Below are positions 44,713-54,799 of a stretch of DNA of 64,000 nucleotides, piece by piece. The number at the start of each line of letters is the position of its first letter. The stretch's first letter is position 1. The DNA comes from a virus (lineage: Duplodnaviria > Caudoviricetes). A model generated the notes under the pieces. That model worked only from the letters and a program-made list of their open reading frames with translations, ran no database searches and was not told where the DNA came from. The position numbers were made by a program, and so were the translations under genes. The stretch lies in the IMG/VR virus record IMGVR_UViG_3300042291_001013, one strand, 5' to 3'.

Positions 44713-47030
44713 AGTTTACACGCCTCGCAATCTTCTTCAAGATCAAAATCAATCTCAAGTAAGGGTGCAGGTGCATCTTCTTTGACCATCTTGCTGCCAG
44801 CCTTGTTGATTAAGCTGTAGTAGAATGTTTTCAGTCCCCAGTAGTGTGCTTGCATCAAGTTCCGGGCAATCAGTGTGGTGGGAACTTTGCGGTCAGGAAA
44901 GTGTGCAGGGTTGTAGAATGTGTTTGTTGAGATTGACTGATCAACGTAAGCCGCCAACACAGCCGCGGTCTTTAAGTAGCCGTCACAGTCTTTTTGTGCC
45001 CACATCATTTGATACTTGTTTTTAAGTTTGTGATACTCGGGCACAACCTGTGTTAATGATCCTGCTTTGGATTCTTTAACAGAGATTAGACTCATGGGCA
45101 TTTCAATGCCGTTGGTTGAGTTGATAACCACACTACTAGACTCTACAGGAGCAATGGCCATCAAGGTAGCATTGCGTACCCCGTAACTGCGCATCTCTGC
45201 TCGCAAACCTTCCCAGTTTAGTTCAGGAGCAAAGTCCGTGAGCTCGTTGACCCCGGCGCTACGTCTCTCCCAAGGAAAGACACCTTTACCATACCAGGTG
45301 CGGTCTGAATCTTTGCAACGGCCCCGCTCCTTAGCAAGCTCAACTGTGGCTTCGGTAAGGTAGAAAGCCTGATGTTCCATCCAGCTTTTGACTTCGGCCA
45401 AAGAGTCCTTGTCACCATATTGGAGTCCTCGTTTGGCATGCCAGTAAGCCAAGTTAGTAATGCCGATACCAAGCGGCTGGATTTCGTCATTCGATAACTG
45501 CGATTGGATTGACAGGAAGTCTTGGTAGTCAAGGATATTGCACAAGGATCTCTGCAGAATTCTACAAGCTCTGCGCATGTCTTCAGGATTCCGGAATGCA
45601 CCCCAGTTAATACTTCCAAGCGTACAGAGCGCGATTCGCCCATCAGCGTCATCCAGGCGCTTAAACGATTTTGTAGGTAAGAGAATTTCACAGCAAAGAT
45701 TACTCTGGTAAATGGTGTGATACTCAGAGTCAAACGGACCCTGGTTCATCACGTTGTCAATAAACACAAGATAGATACGACCAGTGTCTGTTCGCTCTTT
45801 CAGTATGCCCGACTTGAAAACTTCTTCAGCACTCATGGTCTTGGTGCGTAAGTCTTTACGTTTTTCGTATTTAACATACAGCTCTTCAAAGCGTTCGGTA
45901 TTTTTATAAAACGCTTCGTATAAGTCTGGTACTTCGTTGGGATCAAAGAATGTTATGTCTTCTTTGTTTTTGAATCGTCTCCAGAAGAAAGCACTAAGCA
46001 CAACCCCATAATCCATATGACGGACTCGGGTTTCTTCTGTTCCTTGGTTGTTCTTAAGGACAATAAGGTCATCAAACTGAAGATGCCAAATAGGATAAAA
46101 AACAGTAGCACTTGCATTACGAATACCTCCTTGACTGCAACTACGCAGGTCACCAAACCACTTCTTCAAGAATGGGATCATACCTGTGTGCATAATTTCA
46201 CCACCACGAATGGGTGAACCTAGTGGTCTTAGACGACCAATCTCCAAACCAATGCCGGCACGTTTGCTGGCATACTTGGCCATCATCTCGCCACTAGCGA
46301 ATATACTATCAAGATCGTCGTCACTCCTGATAAGCACACAACTACTAAACTGTTTAGTAGGAGTGCCGAGCCCTGCAAGCACAGGTGTAGCAAGAGTAAA
46401 CAAACCATCACTGGCGGCTTGATAATATTCTTTGATATAACGCATTCTAGCTGAGTTAGGCTCTTCTTTGTGAAACACTGTAGCCGCGGCCACCATGTAT
46501 CTGACTTGTGGAGTTTCATAAATTTCCTTAGTGCTACGATTACGAACAAGATACTTTTCAATCAGTTGTTCCACTGCCGCGTAACTGTATTGCTCATCCT
46601 TGACATGATCCAGCATGTCATTCATACGGTTCCAATCAGCCTCATCGTACCATTCCAGGAGTTCGGCAGTGTACAGGCCTGTGGCCACGTTTTTCTTCAC
46701 AATCTCATACAAGTGGGGAGGCTGATAGGAACCGTATACGTCTTTGCGTAACATGCTTAGTCGTTGTTTGCCTGCCACGTATTGATAGTTGGTATGTCCC
46801 ACGTCAGGGTTTGACTCTACGTCAATTAGATCCACTATGGCTCGTAGTGTAATTCCATCAATCTCAGTTGTTGTTATGCCGTCATAAAAATGCAGTTGAG
46901 CTTTGATTTCGATCATGCTCTGACTAACATCTGCTATTCCTGAACAGACTTTTGCAATCTGCGCTTGCCATTTTTCCAATGCCAACGGCTCGCGAGTTCC
47001 GTTGCGCTTTAAGACAGTAATTTGCTTCAT
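44709..47030 (-). CDS. nrdA: Ribonucleotide reductase class Ia alpha subunit with ATP cone
   Basis: VLKRNG, QFSSC, QSNLCCEI, terminal CEACKL. Confidence 0.97.
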   Translation of the reverse strand: MKQITVLKRNGTREPLALEKWQAQIAKVCSGIADVSQSMIEIKAQLHFYDGITTTEIDGITLRAIVDLIDVESNPDVGHTNYQYVAGKQRLSMLRKDVYGSYQPPHLYEIVKKNVATGLYTAELLEWYDEADWNRMNDMLDHVKDEQYSYAAVEQLIEKYLVRNRSTKEIYETPQVRYMVAAATVFHKEEPNSARMRYIKEYYQAASDGLFTLATPVLAGLGTPTKQFSSCVLIRSDDDLDSIFASGEMMAKYASKRAGIGLEIGRLRPLGSPIRGGEIMHTGMIPFLKKWFGDLRSCSQGGIRNASATVFYPIWHLQFDDLIVLKNNQGTEETRVRHMDYGVVLSAFFWRRFKNKEDITFFDPNEVPDLYEAFYKNTERFEELYVKYEKRKDLRTKTMSAEEVFKSGILKERTDTGRIYLVFIDNVMNQGPFDSEYHTIYQSNLCCEILLPTKSFKRLDDADGRIALCTLGSINWGAFRNPEDMRRACRILQRSLCNILDYQDFLSIQSQLSNDEIQPLGIGITNLAYWHAKRGLQYGDKDSLAEVKSWMEHQAFYLTEATVELAKERGRCKDSDRTWYGKGVFPWERRSAGVNELTDFAPELNWEGLRAEMRSYGVRNATLMAIAPVESSSVVINSTNGIEMPMSLISVKESKAGSLTQVVPEYHKLKNKYQMMWAQKDCDGYLKTAAVLAAYVDQSISTNTFYNPAHFPDRKVPTTLIARNLMQAHYWGLKTFYYSLINKAGSKMVKEDAPAPLLEIDFDLEEDCEACKL

Positions 47031-47032
47031 TG

Positions 47033-47458
47033 TTACCTTAGTTGTTGTTTTATTTGTGCTAGTGTCATGCTGTGTCGAACCTTTTGAGGTTCTAGGTTGA
47101 TATTTACAACAGTATCCGCGTCCCAATTCAGTATATATTTTGATTTGTCTACCAGGACTAAATTGTCGCTATCTAGCTCAACCAACACCACATCCTGCAG
47201 ATCTTCACGATCTACAATAGCTATAGTATACAGGATTCCCAGCCCGCGAGCAAGTGGGCAATAGAGGTTGTCACTCAATAATTGCCAGGGATCTGGCCAA
47301 GTGGGTTGATCGTCCCAGTGCAAATGGTAAGCACGCCATGGCGTACCAAACCACCAGGAATTGATTAGATCCAATGCTTTTTGTTTATCGGCCTGGGCGG
47401 CTTGTTGTCTCAGTTGCGTCCAAGACTCAAGCCTTTCGGCAAAAGTTTGATGCCACAT
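47033..47458 (-). CDS. Hypothetical protein
   Basis: ORF track. Confidence 0.7.
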   Translation of the reverse strand: MWHQTFAERLESWTQLRQQAAQADKQKALDLINSWWFGTPWRAYHLHWDDQPTWPDPWQLLSDNLYCPLARGLGILYTIAIVDREDLQDVVLVELDSDNLVLVDKSKYILNWDADTVVNINLEPQKVRHSMTLAQIKQQLR

Positions 47459-49290
47459 TACCCAAGGTTTGTAATAGTGTAGTCAATTATTCCGTCAATA
47501 CCAGCAGTACAGGTGTAGCTGATGGTACAACCAGTAAGGTTGTCGGTCACTGTTAACGTAGTACCGGTACTGCTATTTTCTTGATAGTCGTCAATGTAGG
47601 TAAACCCAGCACCTGAGCCATTGTAGTTTTGCATTACTGTAACTGCTCCACGACGTGTGTTCACATCACGTTTGATAGTATAATCCATTTTAAACGAACT
47701 TAGGCCAGTTGAACCAGCACCAGTCCATCTTGGAATCGTCACAAGGTTAGCTGTGGTTGATTCGTTTACAATGTCTCTCACACTGGCCGCAACTTGATAA
47801 TTGCCAAGGTCCAGTGTGTTGGCTGGAGTATAAACTACAGCAGTGTCATAGTAATACTGAACATTATGAGAGTTCATGCTCATAGCAATGGTATTGCTGT
47901 TGTTCAGTTTGATTCTAGGATAGGTAGTGCTTTGTTGGTTGTTGCGTTGAAACATATCACCAACGCTGACGTTGTTGTCACCGTCAATGTCAATGATACT
48001 GGTGGCCGGGAGAGTCACTCCCAAGAAGCTGTTGCCCACGTCATAGAAGGTGTTGTAGGCCGAGATGTTCCGACCCACATCAGTCATTGAAATGCCGTCA
48101 GCGTAGATGTTGTCAAACACACTGGTTGTGACTCTTACTCCAGTGGGGCCTGTGGTCTGTCCCACTGCCAATGCCAAGTTAACACCACTGTACAATACAT
48201 CAAATTCACAGTTGCTGAATGTTACACTTTCGGTGTTGTCTTCATCAAGGTCCACACCATAGCTCATGTTTGAAAACAAGCAGTTGTTGAATGTTACATG
48301 GCGAACCAGCAGTGTGCCTGTTCCGGTGGCTCTAACACCAGCTGTGCCGGCACCTGCGGTATTCAAGTTGGCTTCTGTGCTTGCACCTTCAAATGCCACA
48401 GAGTCAAAAAAGCATTCAGGAGATTTTTCCAATAACACACCGCTGACATCACGATTGGTTCTAAACTTGATACCAGAGATTTCAATGTTGCCCGGTGGCA
48501 ATGCATCATTGGTGGCAATGTTTACTCCGGTTTGTTGTAGGCTGTCGGCAGTTTGCAAGATGTAATCTGGCAATCCACTGGCGGCATTGGTATTGATGTC
48601 TCCCCAATAGTAGTCGCCACCTGTGGTGGTGGCATTGATCAAGGTGCCCACAGGCACAGGGAAGTTTGCTCGATAATAACCAGCTGATGCATAGCCGCCA
48701 GTGCCGTCATAGTACACCAAGATGTTGTCAGTATAAGAAACAGTGCTGGTCCAATTCTGCACGTTCAAATAGATAATGGTGCTGTCAGCACCTTCGCCAT
48801 ACAATTTACAGTATGGAGGAATATCTAGTGTGTCAGTGATGATGTAAGTGCCTGCTGGAAAAAACACACTACGACGAACCTGTGTGGTTAGGCCACGGCA
48901 AAAGATCTGATTCAGCGCACGATTAATGTCTAGTGTTACGTCAGTGACACCATCGCCTGTGGCACCAAAGTCAGTGATCACAGCATAGCTGTCTAGTCTG
49001 CTTTGAATGCTTTGGCTAACTGGTGTGCTGGTTGTGGGACCAGTCTGCACTGTGTAGCCAGCGGCTTCGCCCTTGTAGGTGTATTCTGTAGCAAAACTCA
49101 GAATATCTGAAAATTCAGTTAGAACTTCTGTGTTGCCAACAACAGGTGCGCCGTCTAATAAATCGCCGTTGCCAATGAATAGCCTGCGTTGATCTATTGC
49201 CCAGCCAAACTCTGCACCTGCTAGAGGTGCTGGCAAATCGCTTTCTAAGCCTTTGCGTTGTGTGATTCGTGATATTTGTACAATTGCCAC
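47458..49290 (-). CDS. Tailspike-like protein (Mtd_N-type head, pectate-lyase-like beta-helix)
   Basis: LAGAEFGWAIDQRRLFIG; TDFGATGDGVTDVT; VFFPAGTY; beta-helix repeats. Confidence 0.75.
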   Translation of the reverse strand: MAIVQISRITQRKGLESDLPAPLAGAEFGWAIDQRRLFIGNGDLLDGAPVVGNTEVLTEFSDILSFATEYTYKGEAAGYTVQTGPTTSTPVSQSIQSRLDSYAVITDFGATGDGVTDVTLDINRALNQIFCRGLTTQVRRSVFFPAGTYIITDTLDIPPYCKLYGEGADSTIIYLNVQNWTSTVSYTDNILVYYDGTGGYASAGYYRANFPVPVGTLINATTTGGDYYWGDINTNAASGLPDYILQTADSLQQTGVNIATNDALPPGNIEISGIKFRTNRDVSGVLLEKSPECFFDSVAFEGASTEANLNTAGAGTAGVRATGTGTLLVRHVTFNNCLFSNMSYGVDLDEDNTESVTFSNCEFDVLYSGVNLALAVGQTTGPTGVRVTTSVFDNIYADGISMTDVGRNISAYNTFYDVGNSFLGVTLPATSIIDIDGDNNVSVGDMFQRNNQQSTTYPRIKLNNSNTIAMSMNSHNVQYYYDTAVVYTPANTLDLGNYQVAASVRDIVNESTTANLVTIPRWTGAGSTGLSSFKMDYTIKRDVNTRRGAVTVMQNYNGSGAGFTYIDDYQENSSTGTTLTVTDNLTGCTISYTCTAGIDGIIDYTITNLG

Positions 49291-49309
49291 AGTGATGGTC
49301 CTTTGGATA

Positions 49310-50026
49310 TCACATATTTAGCATGTAGTACTGTTCAACCTTTTTCCACCACAAGTTGCGGTATTTTTCAAATTCTGCGCCTTCCAGCACAAATTCCTGG
49401 TATTGAGGTTTTCCTACAATATTGTGTTGCTCATCCAGATCGGGTTTGACGCACATCAAAATTACACCTTTGCGTATTTTTGTACCGTGCAATTCATTGT
49501 GTGCTTCTGCGTAGGCGCACAGTTGCACAAAGTAGTCGTCAATCCACTCGCGCTTTTTGGGTTTGTTGGTCTGCTTGTAGTCTAGTATGGCTTCTTCATT
49601 CAGGTGTATGCCTGCGCCATCTGTTGTGCCTGCGTATACGCTGGGAAAGTATAGTGGAACTTCAATGCCCCAAAATTCATCAACGTTTTTGAGTCCATCT
49701 CTAATCACAGTTTCGGCCATGATATGACTGGGCCAACTAAAAGGGTTGGACCCACGTTCTTTTTGCTCACCTGTTTTGACATAGTGTTCAAGATAGGTAT
49801 GCATACGTGTGCCGCGGTTGGCAGCTTCTGTTGTGATTTGTTGTGCTTTTTCTGCACCCACGCGACGACGCCACTGATTCAGTGCTTCAACTTTTTCTGG
49901 GGGTTTTGTCTTGTCTAAGATTGTGGTTACTGAGGGCAAGTTGTTGCCATCGGGTGTGGCATAGTAACGCCGGCCCTCTATTGTAACTCTAGGAATGGGC
50001 TGGTAGTTAAATTTTGGATTATACAT
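49310..50026 (-). CDS. PD-(D/E)xK exonuclease
   Basis: LPSVTTIL, RGTRMH, E..AGTTD..LDYK, QLCAY. Confidence 0.88.
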   Translation of the reverse strand: MYNPKFNYQPIPRVTIEGRRYYATPDGNNLPSVTTILDKTKPPEKVEALNQWRRRVGAEKAQQITTEAANRGTRMHTYLEHYVKTGEQKERGSNPFSWPSHIMAETVIRDGLKNVDEFWGIEVPLYFPSVYAGTTDGAGIHLNEEAILDYKQTNKPKKREWIDDYFVQLCAYAEAHNELHGTKIRKGVILMCVKPDLDEQHNIVGKPQYQEFVLEGAEFEKYRNLWWKKVEQYYMLNM

Positions 50027-50056
50027 AATTATAGTCAATTATAGACAATTATAGTC
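50027..50056 (-). repeat. 3 x 10-bp tandem repeat, each carrying a TATAAT box
   Basis: AATTATAGTC/AATTATAGAC/AATTATAGTC; TTGACA at 50061-50066 is 17 bp from the middle copy. Confidence 0.9.
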
Positions 50057-50111
50057 CAGTTGTCAACTATATTTGAAAACTTTCTCCGCAACCGTTGCGG
50101 TACGGTTGAAT

Positions 50112-50807
50112 TCAGGATTGTACATTGCTTTGTTTGATTATCCAGTCATACAATGTTTGTGCAATTAATTCGTGACCTAGTTCATTTGGGTGGCTACACT
50201 CACGCAAGTATTGATTTGGTGATCTCTTTGAAAAATCTATTGGAGTTTCATACCCAAATAGTTGTAAACAAGATTTGTGATATATTTTATCAGTATCAAT
50301 CCCAGGCAAGTTTAAATTAACATCATTCCATCCAACAATGTAATAATCTTTTATTTTGTATTGTCGGCATATTGCTTGCATGCTCAACACATTTTTGTGT
50401 AGATTAAAGTTAAGTGTAGAAATTGAAGTAAAATGCTTTACATAATTTTTAGAAACTTCATCAATTTGATTGGCTCCTAAATCAACAACTTTAAAACCAT
50501 CAAGGTCTTCAACACCAAAAATAGTTTTAGTTTCATCTATAGGAGGACGGAGATCATCTAATAGTATGCATTCTCTCGTAGGGGTAGTGATTAAAAAAAC
50601 TGCTATAGAATTTTCTAAAAGTACGTCTGTACGTTTAACATAGTCAAGCAGTTGCAACACTGATCTGCTGTTGCTGGATCCGCTTATCCCTAAATTAACA
50701 AAATTGGTTGCGGATAATTTAGAAGACAGCCGTGCTCCAAATGAATCTGTTTCTAGAACGCCAAGGCCCACAGTCCAACTGCATCCAAAGACTGCTAATG
50801 CAGTCAT
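50112..50807 (-). CDS. SGNH/GDSL-like hydrolase or acyltransferase
   Basis: FGCSWT, NLGISGSSN, HPNELGH; AT-rich. Confidence 0.7.
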   Translation of the reverse strand: MTALAVFGCSWTVGLGVLETDSFGARLSSKLSATNFVNLGISGSSNSRSVLQLLDYVKRTDVLLENSIAVFLITTPTRECILLDDLRPPIDETKTIFGVEDLDGFKVVDLGANQIDEVSKNYVKHFTSISTLNFNLHKNVLSMQAICRQYKIKDYYIVGWNDVNLNLPGIDTDKIYHKSCLQLFGYETPIDFSKRSPNQYLRECSHPNELGHELIAQTLYDWIIKQSNVQS

Positions 50808-51127
50808 ACCCTAAAACTTTCCCCGCAGCCACATCGATCTCTCTCATTGGGATTTGAAAATTCAAAGCCTTCGTTAAGGCCTTGGCGCACATAATCTACT
50901 GTCATGTTTTGAAGATACACATTGTCTTTTTGATTTACTAGCACAACAAACTCTGGCTGTGCATAATTGATAACATACTGTTCTGATGTGTATTCCTTGA
51001 CATACTCTAACACATAAGCAAGTCCGGAGCAACCTGTGGTCTTAACCCCAAGACGAATGCCAGCGTAGTTCTTGGCTGTGACAAGTTTTTGTATTTTGTT
51101 TCGGGCAGTGTCAGTGAACGAGATCAT
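50804..51127 (-). CDS. iscA: A-type Fe-S carrier (IscA/HesB)
   Basis: TTGCSG, CGCGESF. Confidence 0.93.
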   Translation of the reverse strand: MISFTDTARNKIQKLVTAKNYAGIRLGVKTTGCSGLAYVLEYVKEYTSEQYVINYAQPEFVVLVNQKDNVYLQNMTVDYVRQGLNEGFEFSNPNERDRCGCGESFRV

Positions 51128-51497
51128 GCTTTTTGCGATAGTCTTCTACCGCGGCCTTGATAGCGTCTTCTGCTAGGATTGAGCAATGTATCTTAACTGG
51201 CGGGAGGGCAAGCTCTTCAGCAATCTCTGAATTCTTAATCGCTCCCGCGGCGTCGAGCGACATTCCTTTAACCATTTCGGTGATGAGCGAGCTTGAAGCA
51301 ATTGCTGAGCCGCAACCGTAAGTCTTAAATTTTGCGTCCGTAATAATGCCATTTTCTACTTTGATTTGTAGTTTCATTACGTCGCCGCAAGCAGGTGCGC
51401 CAACCATACCAGTACCAATATCAGTATCACTCTTGTCAAAAGAGCCGACATTCCGGGGATTTTCATAGTGATCAATTACTTTGTCTGAGTATGCCAT
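51111..51497 (-). CDS. iscU: Fe-S scaffold IscU
   Basis: APACGD, YGCGSAIAS, LPPVKIHC. Confidence 0.97.
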   Translation of the reverse strand: MAYSDKVIDHYENPRNVGSFDKSDTDIGTGMVGAPACGDVMKLQIKVENGIITDAKFKTYGCGSAIASSSLITEMVKGMSLDAAGAIKNSEIAEELALPPVKIHCSILAEDAIKAAVEDYRKKHDLVH

Positions 51498-51498
51498 A

Positions 51499-51813
51499 TT
51501 AGATCCTTATCAGCACTTCTTGGTAAGCACCGTTGACCAGGATCCATTGCTTGCGATATGCAAAGCCGTCAATGTAAACTATGTCTGTGGGAGGTGCAGA
51601 GACCATTGGGGGTTGCTGTACAACAACAGGTGGGCGAGTAATTGCATAAACCACTGCACCGCCGATCAAGGCAGGGCCAACCCAGCCCCAGCCGTTGCCG
51701 CCATGGCGGTGATGGTGATGTGGTGTGTGCAATGCGGAGCCGTGATATCCATTGGGTCCAGCAAATGCTGTGGTAGCGAAAAAAACTAGTACAAAAATTA
51801 ACAGTTGTTTCAT
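51499..51813 (-). CDS. Secreted His/Pro-rich small protein
   Basis: Signal peptide, HHHHRH, GxxxG helix; promoter TTGACC-17-TATACT. Confidence 0.7.
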   Translation of the reverse strand: MKQLLIFVLVFFATTAFAGPNGYHGSALHTPHHHHRHGGNGWGWVGPALIGGAVVYAITRPPVVVQQPPMVSAPPTDIVYIDGFAYRKQWILVNGAYQEVLIRI

Positions 51814-51882
51814 ATCAGCCTCCTATGTAAAGCAGTATACAATATTTAACGTTTTAGGTCAATCTTTTGTTGACCCGTTTGA

Positions 51883-52245
51883 TTAGATGTTGCGATCTTT
51901 TTTGGCCGCTGATTTGGCCGCAGCCGCCACAATGTCTTGAGCTTTGTTTACTGGCATTGGGACTGGTCCTTGTCCGGCACCTTTGAATTGGATCATCCCA
52001 GTATTGGGATCCAAGGGTTCTAAAATATTATTGAGTGGAGGTTGATTAATGATATCAGGCAAATTGTCAGCAGTGACGTTTATGTCCAGATCCTGTGCCA
52101 GTTTGATAAATGCGTCTTGGCTGATTTGTTTCTGTGCGCCGGTATCGGAGGCCCGCCCATCCAAGAAATTTACCAACCCCATCAGTGCATCTGGATCTGG
52201 AGTTGGCATAGGAGGGCCAATATCGGCTACCTCAAATATTTTCAT
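51883..52245 (-). CDS. Late protein, putative head-internal
   Basis: N-terminus MKIFE-V. Confidence 0.55.
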   Translation of the reverse strand: MKIFEVADIGPPMPTPDPDALMGLVNFLDGRASDTGAQKQISQDAFIKLAQDLDINVTADNLPDIINQPPLNNILEPLDPNTGMIQFKGAGQGPVPMPVNKAQDIVAAAAKSAAKKDRNI

Positions 52246-53177
52246 TATCTCTTGGCGCGGCCCAAGGCAGCGGCTGCTGGTTCGGCACCAGGTTCAATTG
52301 GTTCGGCGGCCATTTCGTCACCTGCGGCAGCCATGTCTGCTTCAGCACCACCCATGTCAGCACCGGCAGCGGCCATGTCAGCGCCAGCAGCCATGTCAGG
52401 TGCAACCATGCCAGCATCAGGTGGAGGTGCTGTGCCAGTTACCACGCCCAAGGCCGCGTCAAGCTGTTGCTTGGTACCTTGGAGATTTTGTAACAATCCT
52501 GTTAGTGCCGCAGTAGCGTCAGTGTTGAATTGGGTAGCTTGGTCAATACCAACTTGATTCTTGATTGAGTCAACCAAGGCTGGTAGTTCTTTAAACTGTA
52601 GTTCTGATACGTCTTCCAACATGCCTTGCATTTTATCAACCATGTCTTGAGCAGCCAACACAACTTGAGCCTGTTGAATTTCGCTTTCGTTTAGTCTGCG
52701 CATTGCTCTACGCAAACGGCTTTCGGCCTGCATCATTGCGGCGCCGGCCACTAGCTTTTGTTCTTCAGGATTCAATGTTTGACCAGCTGAACTCTTTTTA
52801 AGTGCGGCAGCTAGTTTAGGATCTTTTGCAACAGCGCCAGCCACAGCAGGCGTACCACCAGCCACAGCAGCCTGTGGAGTTGCAGGAGCGGCACCAGCAG
52901 GAGCAGTACCTGTAGGTGGAATGCCAACTGCTTCTCTGAGCTTGCTGTGCAATGCCTGTTCCATCATGACCAATTGAAGATACTGTGGATTACGCTCGCT
53001 GGTATGGCGTGCGCTGGTAGCTCTATGCTCACCAAGAATGCCACGCACCTTGACCAACATTGCCTGCGTTTGGCGGGGTGTTAATTGGTCAAAGCGAATG
53101 CGGCCACCAAAGTAACTTTCAAATACTTTGGCAATTTGCTTACTTGGCGTTGGGGCCGATAGTTCTTGCAGTTTCAT
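52245..53177 (-). CDS. Putative prohead core/scaffold-like protein
   Basis: MKLQE-L, internal KLRE/RLNE sites, coiled coil, Ala/Gly/Met-rich tail; TAAATA upstream. Confidence 0.5.
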   Translation of the reverse strand: MKLQELSAPTPSKQIAKVFESYFGGRIRFDQLTPRQTQAMLVKVRGILGEHRATSARHTSERNPQYLQLVMMEQALHSKLREAVGIPPTGTAPAGAAPATPQAAVAGGTPAVAGAVAKDPKLAAALKKSSAGQTLNPEEQKLVAGAAMMQAESRLRRAMRRLNESEIQQAQVVLAAQDMVDKMQGMLEDVSELQFKELPALVDSIKNQVGIDQATQFNTDATAALTGLLQNLQGTKQQLDAALGVVTGTAPPPDAGMVAPDMAAGADMAAAGADMGGAEADMAAAGDEMAAEPIEPGAEPAAAALGRAKR

Positions 53178-53625
53178 TATTGAATCCTCTAATTTGTATA
53201 TATTTAGCTTGGTTTACACATTTTTCAAGTTCGGTTGATACACTGTTGTATCGATCAATCTTGGTTTGTATTTTGGTATTTACTATCTCGTAAAATACCT
53301 CGTGTTTGCCACGCTCGCCCATGCTTTTTCTTGTGTAAATGTCTGCCGCTAATGCTTGTTTTTTACGGTCTAAAATCAAGATCAAGTTGGCCAGGTTGTA
53401 CTGTTGACAATTGTCGGCACTGCACCAAGCCAAGGCTGCTCGCTTGCTGACAAAATTGTGTATTACTCTATCCCATGTTCTAACCACATGATCAGTGGCA
53501 GTGCTTTCAATGTAGTATCTGCCAAAGGCAATCAAGTCGCCTTTGTCATCGGTAATGATGAGATTGTCAATATTTTTACGAAGTTCGCGCTCGGCGAAAC
53601 GTTCAAATTTTTGATTTTGTGTCAT
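53140..53625 (-). CDS. Hypothetical late protein
   Basis: ORF track. Confidence 0.7.
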   Translation of the reverse strand: MTQNQKFERFAERELRKNIDNLIITDDKGDLIAFGRYYIESTATDHVVRTWDRVIHNFVSKRAALAWCSADNCQQYNLANLILILDRKKQALAADIYTRKSMGERGKHEVFYEIVNTKIQTKIDRYNSVSTELEKCVNQAKYIQIRGFNNETARTIGPNAK

Positions 53626-53885
53626 TTAAATACGTAGTGAGTAAGCAACCAGCCCACTGTTGCTGTCAAAGCACCAATTACGCCAATGCCCCAGTTGATC
53701 AGTTGATTGTTGCGTTGTTCACTCATTCGATGCACCATGCCATGTACTATTTTGACATCTGATTTGATCTCATCAATACACAAAATCATGGAGTCTAATT
53801 GTAGTTCCAGCGCTCGGTAACGTTCAGCACACAATTCAACGTGTGCTTCCAAACTTTTCTTTTCAATGTCAGTTGTGTCTACCAT
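53622..53885 (-). CDS. Coiled-coil protein with C-terminal TM
   Basis: HVELCAERY..., C-terminal hydrophobic helix. Confidence 0.7.
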   Translation of the reverse strand: MVDTTDIEKKSLEAHVELCAERYRALELQLDSMILCIDEIKSDVKIVHGMVHRMSEQRNNQLINWGIGVIGALTATVGWLLTHYVFK

Positions 53886-53887
53886 GA

Positions 53888-54319
53888 TTACTCCAATATA
53901 TTATTTATTGATTCAAACCAAATATTTTGATCTGCGCCCGACACAACAATGGTTGGGGCAAGGCCAGACTGTTCATTGAGATTAACAATCATGGGCACAC
54001 CATTGCAATCATTTTTGAGCCCAATAAAACTGTCTTTGTGTCCAGACTGCCCGAACACACTTTCACTTTCACTAATAAACTCAAATTGCCAAATACCGTC
54101 CGTGCAGGCTGGCTTTGTGATGTCCATGGGCTGTGTGCGCAGGCCAAAGATCTGCATCAAGGTTTCCCAGTTGCGCTGTTGATTACGACTGTGATTCCAG
54201 TTTTCCTGGCTGCTCACAGCTTGACCAGCTTGGTCCTGAAACGGAATCTCACTGGGTCTAAAATGACCAGTGACACCAGTATAGGTACAATCAAATTTTG
54301 TTTTACATAAGATCTTCAT
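53888..54319 (-). CDS. Hypothetical late protein
   Basis: TAAATA upstream. Confidence 0.7.
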   Translation of the reverse strand: MKILCKTKFDCTYTGVTGHFRPSEIPFQDQAGQAVSSQENWNHSRNQQRNWETLMQIFGLRTQPMDITKPACTDGIWQFEFISESESVFGQSGHKDSFIGLKNDCNGVPMIVNLNEQSGLAPTIVVSGADQNIWFESINNILE

Positions 54320-54344
54320 CTATGGATATTTAAGGCCAAAGGAA

Positions 54345-54371
54345 AACCCTGGAGTTTTTAATTCCAGGGTT
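54345..54371 (-). terminator. Intrinsic terminator
   Basis: AACCCTGGA/TCCAGGGTT stem followed by U-rich tail. Confidence 0.8.
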
Positions 54372-54391
54372 AGCGTGGTTAACTAAACTGA

Positions 54392-54799
54392 TTACAGGTT
54401 AGTGAAGCTGGCTGTAGCAGAAACGTTGGCAGTTGGGATGCCAATGTTCAAACCACCAGTTGCGTTGGCTGTTTGAGCAGCCGCAACTAGAGTAGTTGTA
54501 GTGTACGCACCGCTTGGATAGATAGCCAAGCTGATTGTACCAGCTGTAGCGCCGGCTTGGTAAAGTGCGATTGTGCCAAGTTGTTGAATCGAAGTCAACA
54601 CGTTGTTCAAATAACCGTTTACGTTACCAGCGTTGGTAAGTGCGGCGTTAGCTGTCAAAGTGAAGAAGTCAAGTTTTGGACCTTGAATTTGAACTGGACC
54701 TTGAGCGGCCACGTTGGCTGTGCCAGCGATGGAACCGTTTGCTACGTCGATTGCGAATGACGGTTGTGTAGTACCGTTTACTTTTGTGAAAATTGCCAT
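54392..54799 (-). CDS. Probable abundant virion structural protein
   Basis: Late promoter, strong SD, own terminator; uncharged A/T/N/G-rich. Confidence 0.55.
   Translation of the reverse strand: MAIFTKVNGTTQPSFAIDVANGSIAGTANVAAQGPVQIQGPKLDFFTLTANAALTNAGNVNGYLNNVLTSIQQLGTIALYQAGATAGTISLAIYPSGAYTTTTLVAAAQTANATGGLNIGIPTANVSATASFTNL

Noticed and set aside
47458-49290. Diversity-generating retroelement target (Mtd-like N-terminus)
   Set aside because: No reverse transcriptase and no TR/VR repeat pair in the window; only the N-terminal anchoring motif is Mtd-like
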